A stretch of 64,000 nt of DNA from a bacterium (GCA_965203325.1 OZ241875.1:3904001-3968000); one strand, 5' to 3'; counted from the first letter of the stretch, positions 50,016 to 60,703 are shown. Notes: generated by a model from the sequence alone, not told the origin. Numbers and translations are program-made.

Positions 50016-50963
50016 ATGACCAAACATATTTCCAGGGCCGTACCCACAACGATTATCCGTTTTGCTGAAATCATGCCCGATTGGGCATCGTCTCCCGATG
50101 CCCGCGAGGAGGGGCGCCACCGGGCCGTTTACCGTTATATTGGCGGACCTCGCGACAAAGAGCCCAAAGCGGCGCTCCCCGGATGGGAATTCGCCAACGG
50201 AATCGTGATGGCGCCTCCCGGAAACGGCGCCCCGATGCACAGCCACGGGTTCGAGGAAGTTTTCATGGTGTGGCATGGCGCGTTCGAAGTTTCGTGGGTC
50301 GATCCGCGCGATGGAGAGATAAAAAACGTCGATCTCGGGCTTTACGACGCCATCCGGATGCCGCCGGGCGTCATGCGCGGCTACAGGAACTCAGGCGATG
50401 AGGATGGGTTTCTTTACTACCTACATGGCCGCGGCGCGTATGAGCCGCCCGTGTTTCAGGGAAATGGGGAGGACGCGGCGAGCGAGAGTGCTTCTTTCGT
50501 CGATCCCCACACCCAGGTGGTGCGCTATGATGATTGCCCCAAGAATTTTCAGGTCTATCATGAAACCTCGCTGCCGGAGGGCGTTCGGGGGATTCGGCGC
50601 TATATAGGACACGTGGGCGGTGAACTCGAGGGCGTTGGTCCGCCTCCGTCTTTATCAGAGGGAGAGTTCTCCTTCGTCATCAACGAGAACCGGGTGGGCT
50701 CGGGCGCTCCGCTGCACGATCACTCAGACCTGGAAGAGGCCTTCATTCCTCTTGAGAGCGACTGGACGGTGTTCTGGACCGATGAGAGGGGAGATTCGTA
50801 TCAAGAGGTTCTCGGCCCATGGGACATGTGCTGGACGCCGGCGGGCGTACACCGCGGATTTCGCAATTCAGGCCGGGGATGGGGTAAGCTACACGTCATT
50901 CAGGGCCAGGGAGGCGCGCTGCCGCCCGCGTATGACCAAGATTATTCACACCTGAAAAATTAA
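50016..50963 (+). CDS. Bicupin protein
   Basis: Two repeats: GAPMHSH..EE...PPG..RGYRN and GAPLHDH...EE...PAG..RGFRN. Confidence 0.8.
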   Translation: MTKHISRAVPTTIIRFAEIMPDWASSPDAREEGRHRAVYRYIGGPRDKEPKAALPGWEFANGIVMAPPGNGAPMHSHGFEEVFMVWHGAFEVSWVDPRDGEIKNVDLGLYDAIRMPPGVMRGYRNSGDEDGFLYYLHGRGAYEPPVFQGNGEDAASESASFVDPHTQVVRYDDCPKNFQVYHETSLPEGVRGIRRYIGHVGGELEGVGPPPSLSEGEFSFVINENRVGSGAPLHDHSDLEEAFIPLESDWTVFWTDERGDSYQEVLGPWDMCWTPAGVHRGFRNSGRGWGKLHVIQGQGGALPPAYDQDYSHLKN

Positions 50964-50978
50964 GGGAATCTGGATTTA

Positions 50979-51989
50979 GTGGTTCCACCACGGAAGAATG
51001 TAAATTCGAAACGAGTGGAGCGAATCGATCACTACATCGACTCGCTTGACCCCGGCATCACTTTGCACCTGAGAGAAAAACGTCCCAGGGGCAAGAAGAA
51101 ATTCGAGGATCAGGCGACACTCCTCATGGTGCACGGGCGGATGGCGCCATGCCCCGTGGCCTACGACTTGCCGGTTCCCGGCTATTCATGGATGGATTAT
51201 ATCGCTTCCCGCGGGTTCGACGTCTTCGCGCTCTCGATTCGAGGTTTTGGGGAATCGACTTGGCCCCAGGAGATGCTCGCAAGCCCTAAGGGGAAGCCTC
51301 CAGCAATTCCGGGCAAGGTGGCCGTGAGGGACATCAAGGCGGCGGTCGACTTCATTTGCGAACGGCGTGGGGTGAACAAACTCGGCATCCTGGGCCGTTC
51401 GTGGGGGACGACGACGAGCCCGGCGTATGCGGCCGATAATATGAAGCAAGTGCATAAACTCGTTCTTTATGCGCCTTATTACGCCTATGACAACCCCCAG
51501 CGCGCGAGGCGGATGGAAGATCCCATTAAACCCGGGGTATTCGACGCGAGGCGAGGTGCTTGGTCCTGGTGTACGGAAAAAGACGTGCACCAGCGCTGGT
51601 GGGGCCATATCCCGGGGGATGCCCATCACAAATGGCGCGATCCCAAGGTACTCAAGACTTATTTTCGCGAACTGCTTCGCTACGATCCGGAAGGCGCCAG
51701 GCGCAAGACACCCGCGTTCCGGCTGGCGAACGGCTCCCTGGCTGATCTGTACGACAGGGCGAGGAACATACCGCTTTATGACGCGGGCAAGATTACGTGT
51801 CCCGTGTTGCTCATCAGGGGAGATCAGGACGGCGCCTCGGCTGACCCGGAAGCCTGGGGGCTTTACAAGGCGCTCTGCAACAGCCGGGGCAAGCGCTACG
51901 TCATCATCAACGACGGCACGCATTTCATGGAACTGGAAAAGCGCAGAATGGAGCTCTTGAGCGAGGTTCAGTTGTTCCTGGAAGGGTGA
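50979..51989 (+). CDS. Alpha/beta-fold hydrolase
   Basis: VHG, RGFGES, GRSWG nucleophile elbow, GTH. Confidence 0.85.
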   Translation: MVPPRKNVNSKRVERIDHYIDSLDPGITLHLREKRPRGKKKFEDQATLLMVHGRMAPCPVAYDLPVPGYSWMDYIASRGFDVFALSIRGFGESTWPQEMLASPKGKPPAIPGKVAVRDIKAAVDFICERRGVNKLGILGRSWGTTTSPAYAADNMKQVHKLVLYAPYYAYDNPQRARRMEDPIKPGVFDARRGAWSWCTEKDVHQRWWGHIPGDAHHKWRDPKVLKTYFRELLRYDPEGARRKTPAFRLANGSLADLYDRARNIPLYDAGKITCPVLLIRGDQDGASADPEAWGLYKALCNSRGKRYVIINDGTHFMELEKRRMELLSEVQLFLEG

Positions 51990-52100
51990 ATTCTCGCCCG
52001 CGTCGGCTCCGCCCTTGCGCTTTGAGAAGCGAACGACTAGATTAGGCCACCTTCGAGAAAACGGGAATTTTCATATCGTTTCCAATACAAAGGAGCATCC

Positions 52101-52553
52101 ATGTCTGCGATATCCGCACCCACGAAACAGCGCTGGTGTCTCATCGATTCGACGGCCATCGGCGTGGACAAGAAATACGAGCCGCCCCTCATCATCGCGT
52201 GGGGCGTGGACAGCAATGCCACCGGCACCCAGACCATCACGATGGGGCGCACCATCATTCCCCCCAAGGGCCGCAACCAGAGGCACTACCACGTCTGCGA
52301 CGCGACGTTCTACATCGTCAAGGGCCCGATCATCGTCTGGATGGGAGAAGAGAGGGAAGAGCATACCGTGCCCTCGGGTACGTTCGTCTATTGCGCGGCT
52401 GGCGAGATTCACGGTCTCTACAACCCGAGCGAAACCGAGGACGCCGAACTCGTCTTCACGTATGGCAATTGCCCCAACCGGGACGCCGCCAAAACCATCT
52501 ATGTGGAAAACGAGTGGATGGAAGAGGACAGCAGGGACAAGATTCCCGGCTAA
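52101..52553 (+). CDS. Cupin domain protein
   Basis: RHYH...D..FY...G and GEIHG..N; AAGGAG RBS. Confidence 0.8.
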   Translation: MSAISAPTKQRWCLIDSTAIGVDKKYEPPLIIAWGVDSNATGTQTITMGRTIIPPKGRNQRHYHVCDATFYIVKGPIIVWMGEEREEHTVPSGTFVYCAAGEIHGLYNPSETEDAELVFTYGNCPNRDAAKTIYVENEWMEEDSRDKIPG

Positions 52554-52571
52554 GCACCAAGCAAGAAAAAG

Positions 52572-52601
52572 AAAAAGCCGGCCCATGAGGCCGGCTTTTT
52601 T
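52572..52601. terminator. Bidirectional intrinsic terminator
   Basis: AAAAAGCCGGCC-CATGA-GGCCGGCTTTTT between convergent genes. Confidence 0.85.
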
Positions 52602-52614
52602 CGTCAGTGGATTT

Positions 52615-53151
52615 CTAGTTGAGCATCGACACAAGCTCGAGAAAATTCTTTTTCAGACCATCCACTTCGGGGGCGCGCCTGATGGCTTCGTAAATTTCGC
52701 CCTGCGCCTTGCCGTATTCTTTTTTCTGAAGGTAGATGCGTCCCAGGTTCATGTAGGGGAAATGGCGCGGCTCGTACCTCGGTGCGGACTTCGCTTTTTC
52801 GAGCCATCCGGCCGCTTCGTCGAGTTCACCCAACTGCATGAGATAACAGCCGATATCGTTGTATGGGTTTCCGAACTCATCGTCGACCTCGATGGCCATG
52901 TGGCACTCTTCGATGGCCTCCTCGAGACGTCCCTGCTTGCTGTACATCCAGCCCAGATAGGTGTGCGCGTCCGCTGTGGGGTAGTAGGCGATGGAGTCCC
53001 GGTACAACTCGATGGCCTTGTCGAGGTCTCCTTTCGCGTGGGCGACGCCACCCTGGTCCAAAAGATCCAGGGCGCGCTTGAGGTCGGAGTTGACCTTGGA
53101 TTCTTCCTCATACTTTTCGTCGAAACTCACGTCTTCGTTTTCATCCGTCAT
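52615..53151 (-). CDS. Tetratricopeptide-repeat protein
   Basis: AHTYLGW, GNPYNDIG, YMNLGRIY TPR helices; GGAG upstream of ATG 53151. Confidence 0.85.
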   Translation of the reverse strand: MTDENEDVSFDEKYEEESKVNSDLKRALDLLDQGGVAHAKGDLDKAIELYRDSIAYYPTADAHTYLGWMYSKQGRLEEAIEECHMAIEVDDEFGNPYNDIGCYLMQLGELDEAAGWLEKAKSAPRYEPRHFPYMNLGRIYLQKKEYGKAQGEIYEAIRRAPEVDGLKKNFLELVSMLN

Positions 53152-53393
53152 CGGATTACTCTCCAAGATCGAACCCCACGCCAGCTGAAATTATGCCACT
53201 TCTCGTCGGCGGTTTGTCAAGGGAAAATCGGCTTTGGGCTATGGCGATGCCGCCGGTTGATGTGAAAGAATAAAGGGTGCTTGCTTTGAGGTCAGGACGG
53301 CGGATAAGTTGTTTTAGATCAAGAAGAAGATGCGGTTCGGCGAGAATCGAAATCATCGTTTGAATTATCGTTATTTCCGGGAAGAAAGGACGT

Positions 53394-54269
53394 ATGGCCG
53401 ATTCGGTACGAAAAAAATTCAGAAAAATTCTTGAACGACCGGGGGCGACGATCATCCCTGGAGCGCACGACGCGTTGACGGCCAGACTCATCGCCTCCAA
53501 GGGATTCGAGGCCGTCTATATGTCGGGAGCAGGCGTGGTGAACGCCCTGGCGGGGTTGCCTGACAACGGGTTGGCGTCATTCAGCGAAGTGCTCATGAAT
53601 GCGAGGTATATGGCCGACTCCGTGGAGGTCCCGCTGGTGGTGGACGTGGATACAGGCTACGGCAACGCGGTGAACGTCGTGCGCACGGTGCGTGATTTCG
53701 AAAAAGCGGGTGTTGCGTGCATTCAGATAGAAGATCAGGCGCTGCCCAAACGCTGCGGCCATCTGGACGGCAAACAGGTGGTGAGCCGCGAAGAGTTTAT
53801 TGGGAAAATCCGCGCCGCCGTGGCCCATCGTATAGATCCGGATTTCGCCATCATGGCGCGAATCGACGCCAAGTACGTCTACGGCATGGATGAGGCCGTC
53901 GAAAGGGGCAATGCGGCACTCGAAGCCGGGGCGGACGTCATATTCATCGAAGCGCTCGAAACGCGCGATGAGTTCGTCGAGTATGCCGAGCGCTGCCCGG
54001 GGCCACTGCTCGCCAATATGACGGAGTTCGGCAAGACGCCCCATATCTCAAAAGCGGATTTCGAGGAGATGGGCTATAAACTCGTCCTGTTTCCGGTGAG
54101 CATCATGCGCGCGATGCTCAAGGCGGGCGAATTGCTGCTCGACGAGCTCAAGGAAAAAGGCACGATGTCGGATTATCTGGACAACATGATGACGCGCAAA
54201 GAACTCTACCGACTCCTCGATTATGACGCCTATCATGCGATAGAAGCAGAATATCTACCCAGGGATTGA
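53394..54269 (+). CDS. prpB: Isocitrate lyase/PEP mutase family lyase (2-methylisocitrate lyase-like)
   Basis: YMSG, D.DTGYG, IEDQ..PKRCGH, ANMTEFGKTP. Confidence 0.8.
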   Translation: MADSVRKKFRKILERPGATIIPGAHDALTARLIASKGFEAVYMSGAGVVNALAGLPDNGLASFSEVLMNARYMADSVEVPLVVDVDTGYGNAVNVVRTVRDFEKAGVACIQIEDQALPKRCGHLDGKQVVSREEFIGKIRAAVAHRIDPDFAIMARIDAKYVYGMDEAVERGNAALEAGADVIFIEALETRDEFVEYAERCPGPLLANMTEFGKTPHISKADFEEMGYKLVLFPVSIMRAMLKAGELLLDELKEKGTMSDYLDNMMTRKELYRLLDYDAYHAIEAEYLPRD

Positions 54270-54276
54270 GGTCAAA

Positions 54277-55641
54277 ATGAACGGCCACACGCGTGAACTC
54301 GCGCGATTCATCAGCGAAACTTCCTATGGTGATTTGTCCGACAACTTGCGCGCCTGCATGCGCAAGTATTTCCTGGACGCGGTGGGTTGCGGTCTCTACG
54401 GCACGACCACCGAATCGGGACGCATACTGTCTCGCCTCACTCAGGAACAAGGCGGAAGAGCGGAGGCCACCATGTGGAAGAGCGCCTGGCGCGGGCCGGT
54501 GGGGCCCGTGGCGCTTTGCCTGGGCACCTGGATGCACGCGTTCGAACTCGATGATTACCACAGCGGCGCGAAGTTGCATCCGGGCGCGGTGGTTTTCGCC
54601 GCCGCTTATCCACTCGCCGAGAAATTAGGGGTGGATAGCAGGAAGTTCATGACCGCCTGCGCCGTGGGCTATGAAACCATGATCCGCGCGAGCATCGCCG
54701 CCGACTGCCTGGAAGTGCGGAGGCGTGGGTTTCATCTCACGGGCCTGTGCGGTCCATTTGGAGCCGTCGCCGCAGCGGCGCACCTGATGGAAATGACTCC
54801 CGAACAGACGGCCAACGCATTAGGCCTCGCGGGAACACAGGGGGCGGGGACATGGGCCTTTCAGTGTGATGGCTCCGAGACGAAGCGCTTTCACGCGGGC
54901 CGTGCGGCCCAAAGCGGCCTCCTGGCCGCTGCTTTGGCCGAGGGGGGCTATACGGGCCCCAAGGAGATTTTCGAGTACGAAGACGGCGGGTTCATTCGGG
55001 CGTTCAGTGGTTGCGGGGACCCTGAGCCGCTGACGAGAGGCTTGGGTGATCATTGGGAGGCGGAGGGTGTCTCCTTCAAGCCCTATTGCTGCTGCGGCAG
55101 CACCCACTCGACCATCGACGCGGTTCTCGCCCTGCGCAGGGAGCATGGCGTCGCGCCCGATGACGTACAGGAAATGGAGATCATGAACCACAGCGTGGTG
55201 AAACAGCAGTGTTCCTGGCAATACGAGCCGGTGAGTTCGCTGCGCGCGCAGATGAACATCGAGTATTGCGCCGCGGTCGCGCTCACCGACGGGGAGGCGG
55301 GACCGGGACAGTTCACGCCCGAGCGAATCGCCGACCCCGAACTCGTGAGTCTCGCGCGTCGGGCGCGCTTCACGGTGGATCCTGAAATCGAGAAACTCTA
55401 TCCAAAAACCTTCCCGGCGAAAGTGGCTATCCGTACTCATGACGGCCGCGAACTTAAGAGCCGCGTCGCCGGCCCCAAGGGCTCGCCCCAGAACCCGATG
55501 GATTTCGACATGGTGGCGGGGAAATTCAGACAGATTACGGGCGGTGTTATTTCGTCCGGCGCACAGGACAAATTGGTGGAAGCCGCCTCGAGTCTGGATG
55601 AGATGGAAACGATGGGCGCCCTGGTGGCGCATCTCGCCTAG
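54277..55641 (+). CDS. MmgE/PrpD family protein
   Basis: HAFELDDYH, HPG, GYE, K.FHAG, KPYCCC, PKG.P.NP. Confidence 0.9.
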   Translation: MNGHTRELARFISETSYGDLSDNLRACMRKYFLDAVGCGLYGTTTESGRILSRLTQEQGGRAEATMWKSAWRGPVGPVALCLGTWMHAFELDDYHSGAKLHPGAVVFAAAYPLAEKLGVDSRKFMTACAVGYETMIRASIAADCLEVRRRGFHLTGLCGPFGAVAAAAHLMEMTPEQTANALGLAGTQGAGTWAFQCDGSETKRFHAGRAAQSGLLAAALAEGGYTGPKEIFEYEDGGFIRAFSGCGDPEPLTRGLGDHWEAEGVSFKPYCCCGSTHSTIDAVLALRREHGVAPDDVQEMEIMNHSVVKQQCSWQYEPVSSLRAQMNIEYCAAVALTDGEAGPGQFTPERIADPELVSLARRARFTVDPEIEKLYPKTFPAKVAIRTHDGRELKSRVAGPKGSPQNPMDFDMVAGKFRQITGGVISSGAQDKLVEAASSLDEMETMGALVAHLA

Positions 55642-55673
55642 GGCCGGGCCGGATTCTGGATCAGGAGACGAAC

Positions 55674-57053
55674 ATGGAAACGATGAGCGACAAACTGGCG
55701 CGTTTCGCCGCCGGTTTATCTTACGAGGACATTCCCGGGCAGGTGATTGAGAAGGCGAAACTTCATCTATTAGACGCCTTGGGGATAGGTTTGGCCGCAA
55801 CACGGGAGGCCTACGCTGACGCAGTGACGAAAACGGCGCGCGATTGGGGCGGCAATCCCCAGGCCACCGTATGGCGTTACGGAGACAGGCTGCCCGTCGC
55901 TCACGCCGCCATGGTGAACGGCAGCTACGTGCACGGGCTTGATTTCGACGATACGCATACGGATTCCATCACCCACATGAGCGCCTGCGTGGTGCCAACG
56001 GCGCTGGCCGCGGGCGAGGCCGCCGGCGCGAGCGGGCGGGATATCCTCGCGGCCATGGTGGCGGGCTATGAGGTCATCGCCAGAATCGGGGGCGCGGTGC
56101 CGGGGGCGTTTCACGCCGAGGGCTATCACGCCACCCCGATATGCGGCGCCTTCGGCGCGGCGGCCGTCATGGGGCGTCTGATGAACCAATCGCCCGAAGC
56201 CATCGCCAACGCGTTCGGCGTTTGCGGGAGCCAGGCGGCGGGGATTCAGGAGTTTCTCGACGATGGAAGCTGGGTCAAGCGTTTTCACCCGGGCTGGGCT
56301 TCCCATGCGGGTGTCACCGCCGCGCAGATGGCGGGCCACGGGTTCTTGGGTCCCCGGAAAGTCCTGGAGGGCAGGTTCGGCCTTTACGCCACGCACTTGA
56401 GCGACCCGGCCTACGACGCGGAAATCCTGGCGGGCGGACTCGGCGAGCGATGGGAAACGCTGCGCATTTCGTTCAAGCCCTATCCTTGTTGCCATTTCAA
56501 TCACGCGGCAATGGATGCGGCGAAGAATCTGGTGCGCGAAGCGGGCATTTCCATTGATGAGATCGACGAGATCGAAACCATTACGCCCGAACCGATCCTC
56601 CATATCGTGTGCGAACCCATCGAGCACAAGCGAAAGCCCAACACGCAGTATGCGGCCCTATTCAGCCTGCCTTTTTGTCTGGCCGTCAACGTGGTGAAGG
56701 GCCGGGCCACGCTCGATGATTTCGAGGAAGAACATCTGGGCGACGCGAAGGTGCTCGAACTGGCCGGGAAGGTGAGGTGTACAGGTGTGGATTCGGACAG
56801 GTTCCCCAAGTACCTGCACGGCGGCGTGAGGATGACGCTCAAGGACGGTCGTGTCCTGGAGTGCGATGAACCCGTCAACTGGGGCAACCCCGAAAACCCG
56901 ATGGAATGGGCGGACGTCGAGGCGAAGTTCCGCGGAAACGCGCGCCGCGTCCTGCCCGAGAGCAAGGTCGATTCCGCCGTGGGGGCCGTCATGGGATTCG
57001 AAGCGGCGCCGGATGCGAGCGCGTTGATGAGCGCTTGTAAGGCCGCTCGATGA
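55674..57053 (+). CDS. MmgE/PrpD family protein
   Basis: HGLDFDDTH, GYE, KRFHPG, KPYPCC, FSLP, G.PENP. Confidence 0.9.
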   Translation: METMSDKLARFAAGLSYEDIPGQVIEKAKLHLLDALGIGLAATREAYADAVTKTARDWGGNPQATVWRYGDRLPVAHAAMVNGSYVHGLDFDDTHTDSITHMSACVVPTALAAGEAAGASGRDILAAMVAGYEVIARIGGAVPGAFHAEGYHATPICGAFGAAAVMGRLMNQSPEAIANAFGVCGSQAAGIQEFLDDGSWVKRFHPGWASHAGVTAAQMAGHGFLGPRKVLEGRFGLYATHLSDPAYDAEILAGGLGERWETLRISFKPYPCCHFNHAAMDAAKNLVREAGISIDEIDEIETITPEPILHIVCEPIEHKRKPNTQYAALFSLPFCLAVNVVKGRATLDDFEEEHLGDAKVLELAGKVRCTGVDSDRFPKYLHGGVRMTLKDGRVLECDEPVNWGNPENPMEWADVEAKFRGNARRVLPESKVDSAVGAVMGFEAAPDASALMSACKAAR

Positions 57054-57745
57054 CGAAAGACGCCTGGGAGGAGGAGGGTTTCGCCAAAAGCTGGGACGCG
57101 GTGAACGCCGCACGGGACAATCCCGACCGGGCGAATCAACTCGATATGCTCATCTCCCTGCTGGAGGGTGTGAGGCCGGACGATGGCTGGATGCTGGATT
57201 TGGGCGCAGGGTCGGGACGGGTGGAAACCCTCATTTTCGAACGCATCCCCCATGCCAGGGTCGTATGCCTCGATAGTTCTGAGGAAATGCGGAAGCTCGC
57301 CTCAGAGCGCCTGATCGCTCATGAGGGCAGATATCTTCCGCTTCCAGGTGACATGAACGATCTGGAAGCGGTCGAATTTCCCCATACGCCATATGCGGCT
57401 GTTTTCAGCAGCCAGGCCCTGCATGAGATTCCCCACGAGAGCAAACAAGCGGTCTACGAAAAAATGTACGGGCTCCTGCGTCCGGGAGGCGCTTTCTATA
57501 TTCTGGATCGGATCGAGCCGCGCTTCGACGACCTGCCCGATGAATATGAGCGCGTGTGGAATCGTCTGAACCGGCGAATGGATGCGCCGATGACATTTCA
57601 CGAGTATCGAGAACGCTACGACGAGAAGGGGGATTACCCCGCAGGTCTGGATGAGCAGCTCGGGTGGCTGGTGGCCGCAGGCTTTGTCGCCGCGCCCCTT
57701 TATCTGCACTACAACCGCGCGCTCATTGCGGCGCGTAAGACCTAA
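57050..57745 (+). CDS. Class I SAM-dependent methyltransferase
   Basis: LDLGAGSG, LDSSEEM, ALHE, LRPGG. Confidence 0.88.
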   Translation: MTKDAWEEEGFAKSWDAVNAARDNPDRANQLDMLISLLEGVRPDDGWMLDLGAGSGRVETLIFERIPHARVVCLDSSEEMRKLASERLIAHEGRYLPLPGDMNDLEAVEFPHTPYAAVFSSQALHEIPHESKQAVYEKMYGLLRPGGAFYILDRIEPRFDDLPDEYERVWNRLNRRMDAPMTFHEYRERYDEKGDYPAGLDEQLGWLVAAGFVAAPLYLHYNRALIAARKT

Positions 57746-58170
57746 TCCCCTTTTCTCCGCAGGAATTCTTCGAGGACGCTCCTGAGTGTATCCCCGGAAA
57801 TGGTCTCCAGGGCGTCCTCGGGGGAGAGCCAGACGCGCCTTCGCTCATGACTCTCGGGCCAGTCGTCCTCGACGACGCTGACCTCGATTTCGAAGATGTC
57901 GACTTTGCACCTGCCTGCGCCGATGTCATATTCATAACGCGCGATGGGCTCTGTCGACACTACTCCGCGAACTCCCGCCTCCTCCCATGTTTCGGCGATG
58001 GCGGCCTCTTGGGCGGTCTGCCCCGGCTCCACGCCGCCCTGGGGCACTATCCACCAGAAATTGTCCTCGTCCAGGGGCTTGTCGCGCGCCGTGATGAGGA
58101 GGATCTCCAGCCCGTCTTCCGTTATTCGCCAGGGCACGGCCCCAGCCAGGTTGAATCTGTTTCGTTTCAT
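57742..58170 (-). CDS. NUDIX hydrolase (DIPP-like)
   Basis: GGVEPGQTAQEAAIAETWEEAGV Nudix box; WPE...RRR.W. Confidence 0.88.
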   Translation of the reverse strand: MKRNRFNLAGAVPWRITEDGLEILLITARDKPLDEDNFWWIVPQGGVEPGQTAQEAAIAETWEEAGVRGVVSTEPIARYEYDIGAGRCKVDIFEIEVSVVEDDWPESHERRRVWLSPEDALETISGDTLRSVLEEFLRRKGD

Positions 58171-58174
58171 GACG

Positions 58175-58558
58175 TCATGAATCTTCCAGCGTGCAGAACA
58201 CTTCCACGAGGTTGTCCGAGGGGTCTCTGAAGAACAGTTGCCGAAGTCCCAGCCCGGCGTTGATGCCGTCTTTCACGTCCACGCCCGCAATCTCGAGCCT
58301 TTGTTTCACGGGCTCCAAGTCAGACGCAGCGAAGGCGAAGTGGGTTTCGCCCGCTCCGGTGCCCGGGATAGTCGTTTCACTCGCACGATCCCGGCGCCCC
58401 GTGAGATGAAGCTGGCAGGCGCCCGCCTGGAACCAGTAGCCCGGATTCGGCAGGTCCGGCCGATCGATTTCCGCGAGTTCCAGCAGGCCAGCGTAGAAAT
58501 CACGCGCTTCTTCCAGGTCATCGACGCTGATGGATATGTGGTGCATTCCCTCCAGCAT
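58175..58558 (-). CDS. VOC family (glyoxalase-like) protein
   Basis: HHISI, QLHL, HFAF, DPSDNLVE. Confidence 0.85.
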   Translation of the reverse strand: MLEGMHHISISVDDLEEARDFYAGLLELAEIDRPDLPNPGYWFQAGACQLHLTGRRDRASETTIPGTGAGETHFAFAASDLEPVKQRLEIAGVDVKDGINAGLGLRQLFFRDPSDNLVEVFCTLEDS

Positions 58559-58574
58559 GCTCCGCCTCCGCTTG

Positions 58575-59468
58575 TCAGCTTGTGGATGAGGCTACGAATT
58601 CCGGCTCTATTTGTTCGGGAATGATGCCTGCCTCCGCCGCGCGGTTCAACAGCGTGGAGACGGCTTTTCGCCCGGCGTCGCCGTATGAACGCGTCCATTC
58701 GTTCACGTACATGCCGACGAATACGTCCGCCTTGTCACGCGGCAGATCCCTGGCGTAGGCCATGGCGTGGTCGAGCGCCTCGTCCCGGTTCTCGAGCGCA
58801 TAGACGATGCTCTGGTGCAGCAGGCGGCTCACCTCGCCCACCACTTCGGGGCCCAAATCTTTTCGGATGACGTTGCAGCCCAGGGGCAGGGGACCTCCGG
58901 TTTCCCGCATCCACCACTTGCCGAGATCCTCCACGAGATGAAAGCCCTCCTCCTCATAGGTGAGCTGGCCCTCGTGAATGAGAAGCCCCGCTGGCGAGGC
59001 GCCCTTCTTTACTTCGTCCATAATGTGGTCGAAATGCACCACGCGGTGTTTCGGCTCCTCGCCCCCCAGATAGAGGCGTAGCGTGAGATAGGCCGTCGTC
59101 AGCAGGCCCGGAATGGCGATTTCCGCGTCCCGGAGCGCCTCTGGCGTCATGGGCTCGCGCGAGATGATGACGGGACCGTAATTCTCCCCAAAACTCGCCC
59201 CGTGCGGCAAGATGGCGTAGCGGTCCGCCAGATGGCAATACGCATGAAAGCTGATGGCGCTCACCTCGTATTTGCCTTGGAAAGCGGCCTGGTTCAGCGT
59301 CTCGATGTCGTGGAGTTCATGGATGAATTCATACGTGCCCTGCGCGATCTTCCCGTTCGCCAGGGCGTGGAACATGAAGGCATCGTCCGAATCGGGGCTA
59401 TGGGCGACGCGAATGACTTTCGACACAGGCTTCGTTTCTCCTAAAGTGCGGTTTTTGTAGGATTTCAA
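58575..59468 (-). CDS. mqnD: MqnA/MqnD family protein, probable 1,4-dihydroxy-6-naphthoate synthase (futalosine menaquinone pathway)
   Basis: HSPDSDDAFMF, DIETLN, PG..TTA, IHEG, PLPLG, MYVN. Confidence 0.8.
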   Translation of the reverse strand: MKSYKNRTLGETKPVSKVIRVAHSPDSDDAFMFHALANGKIAQGTYEFIHELHDIETLNQAAFQGKYEVSAISFHAYCHLADRYAILPHGASFGENYGPVIISREPMTPEALRDAEIAIPGLLTTAYLTLRLYLGGEEPKHRVVHFDHIMDEVKKGASPAGLLIHEGQLTYEEEGFHLVEDLGKWWMRETGGPLPLGCNVIRKDLGPEVVGEVSRLLHQSIVYALENRDEALDHAMAYARDLPRDKADVFVGMYVNEWTRSYGDAGRKAVSTLLNRAAEAGIIPEQIEPEFVASSTS

Positions 59469-60594
59469 GCATCAGAGGGCGACAAATAATCCCGCCTCAA
59501 ATCCGGCGCTCCTCCCTCGGCGGCGGAGCGCAAAAGAGCGCCGATGAGCGCCGCCATGGCTTCCAGGTCCGATTCCATGAAAGTCTCCACCGGACTGTGG
59601 GAATAGCGTCTGGGCATATTGATCGGCACGGTGGGCAAGCCGCCCGGCCGGGATTTGCTCAAAGTCGCGGAATCGAGAAACGTGCCCACGAACACGTCTT
59701 CCTGCAGCGGCACATGGGCGTCGTTCGCCACGCCCTTCACCCACTGGATCAGCTCGGGCGGAGTGATATAGCCGTAAAGGCTCATGGGCTGGTGGTCGTA
59801 CCTGCGCAACACCGGCCCGGCCCCGATCTTCGACCCCCGTGCGTCGGAGCGGCCCGGACCGTCCGAGGGTACGTTGTCGAGCACGATGGCGAGGGAGGAC
59901 GGGATCGCTCCCCCCTTCATCCACCGAAAGAACCGAAGCGCCGCGTCCGCCGATTTCCTCCTGCGCGCAGAAGGCGGCGCTCAGGCGGAGCCTGTCCGAG
60001 AGGGAATTCGCCGTGTTGATGAACGCCTCCACGCACAGGGCGCAGCCCGAGCGGTTGTCCACCGCCTTCGATTTCCATGCTCCGCCGGGGAGTTGCGTGA
60101 AAGGGCTGTGGAACACGCCCGGCGTGCCTGCTTCTATCCCGAGCGCGCGGATCGGCGCATCGTCCGAAGCGCCTATATCTATCCACATCTCATCGACGCC
60201 GGGGTGTTCCTGTCCCTGTAGGGACTGGAGATGCCCGCTGCGGACGTTGACGACGCCCCGGTGAAGGTTCCCGTCCAGCGTCAGGAGGGAGACCTCGCGT
60301 CCGGGGAAAATCGAGTCCGCCACGAGACCCACTTTTTCAAAGCGGATCGCGCCGCCCGCCTCGACTTTCGTGACGATGAGGCCGACTTCGTCCATGTGGC
60401 ACTGAAGGACGATGTGAGGGGCCGCCTCGTTCGCTTCATGGCGGGCGATGAGGTTGCCGATATCGTCGCGCCGCAACTACGCTCGCGCTGTCTTTCAGCA
60501 TCTCTGTGATGGCGTCGCGCACGGCGCCCTCATGACCCGGCGGGCCGGGCAGGGCGCAGAGCGTCTTCATTCTCTCCAGCAAAGGCGATGGCAT
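59465..60594 (-). pseudogene. M42 family aminopeptidase broken by two +1 frameshifts (pseudogene or sequencing error)
   Basis: Three frames give PGPPGHE, HMDEVG, KAVDNR, QEEIG, AIVLD and RYSHSPVE; shifts at ~60479 and ~59895-59915. Confidence 0.75.
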
Positions 60595-60703
60595 TTGATG
60601 ATCCCGGAGTTGTGATGATTTTCAATACTCTCTTGAGCGGGGAGATACTCTCACGGAGGGGAACGCTTGCCAAGCCTGAGAGCTTTTGGGGCTTAAAAAT
60701 AAA

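Noticed and set aside
53184..53220. Sigma54 (-24/-12) promoter for the TPR gene (TGGCAT-N-CAGC, minus strand)
   Set aside because: The -12 element is poor, and an overlapping TTGACA plus TGnCATAAT sigma70 reading explains the site equally well
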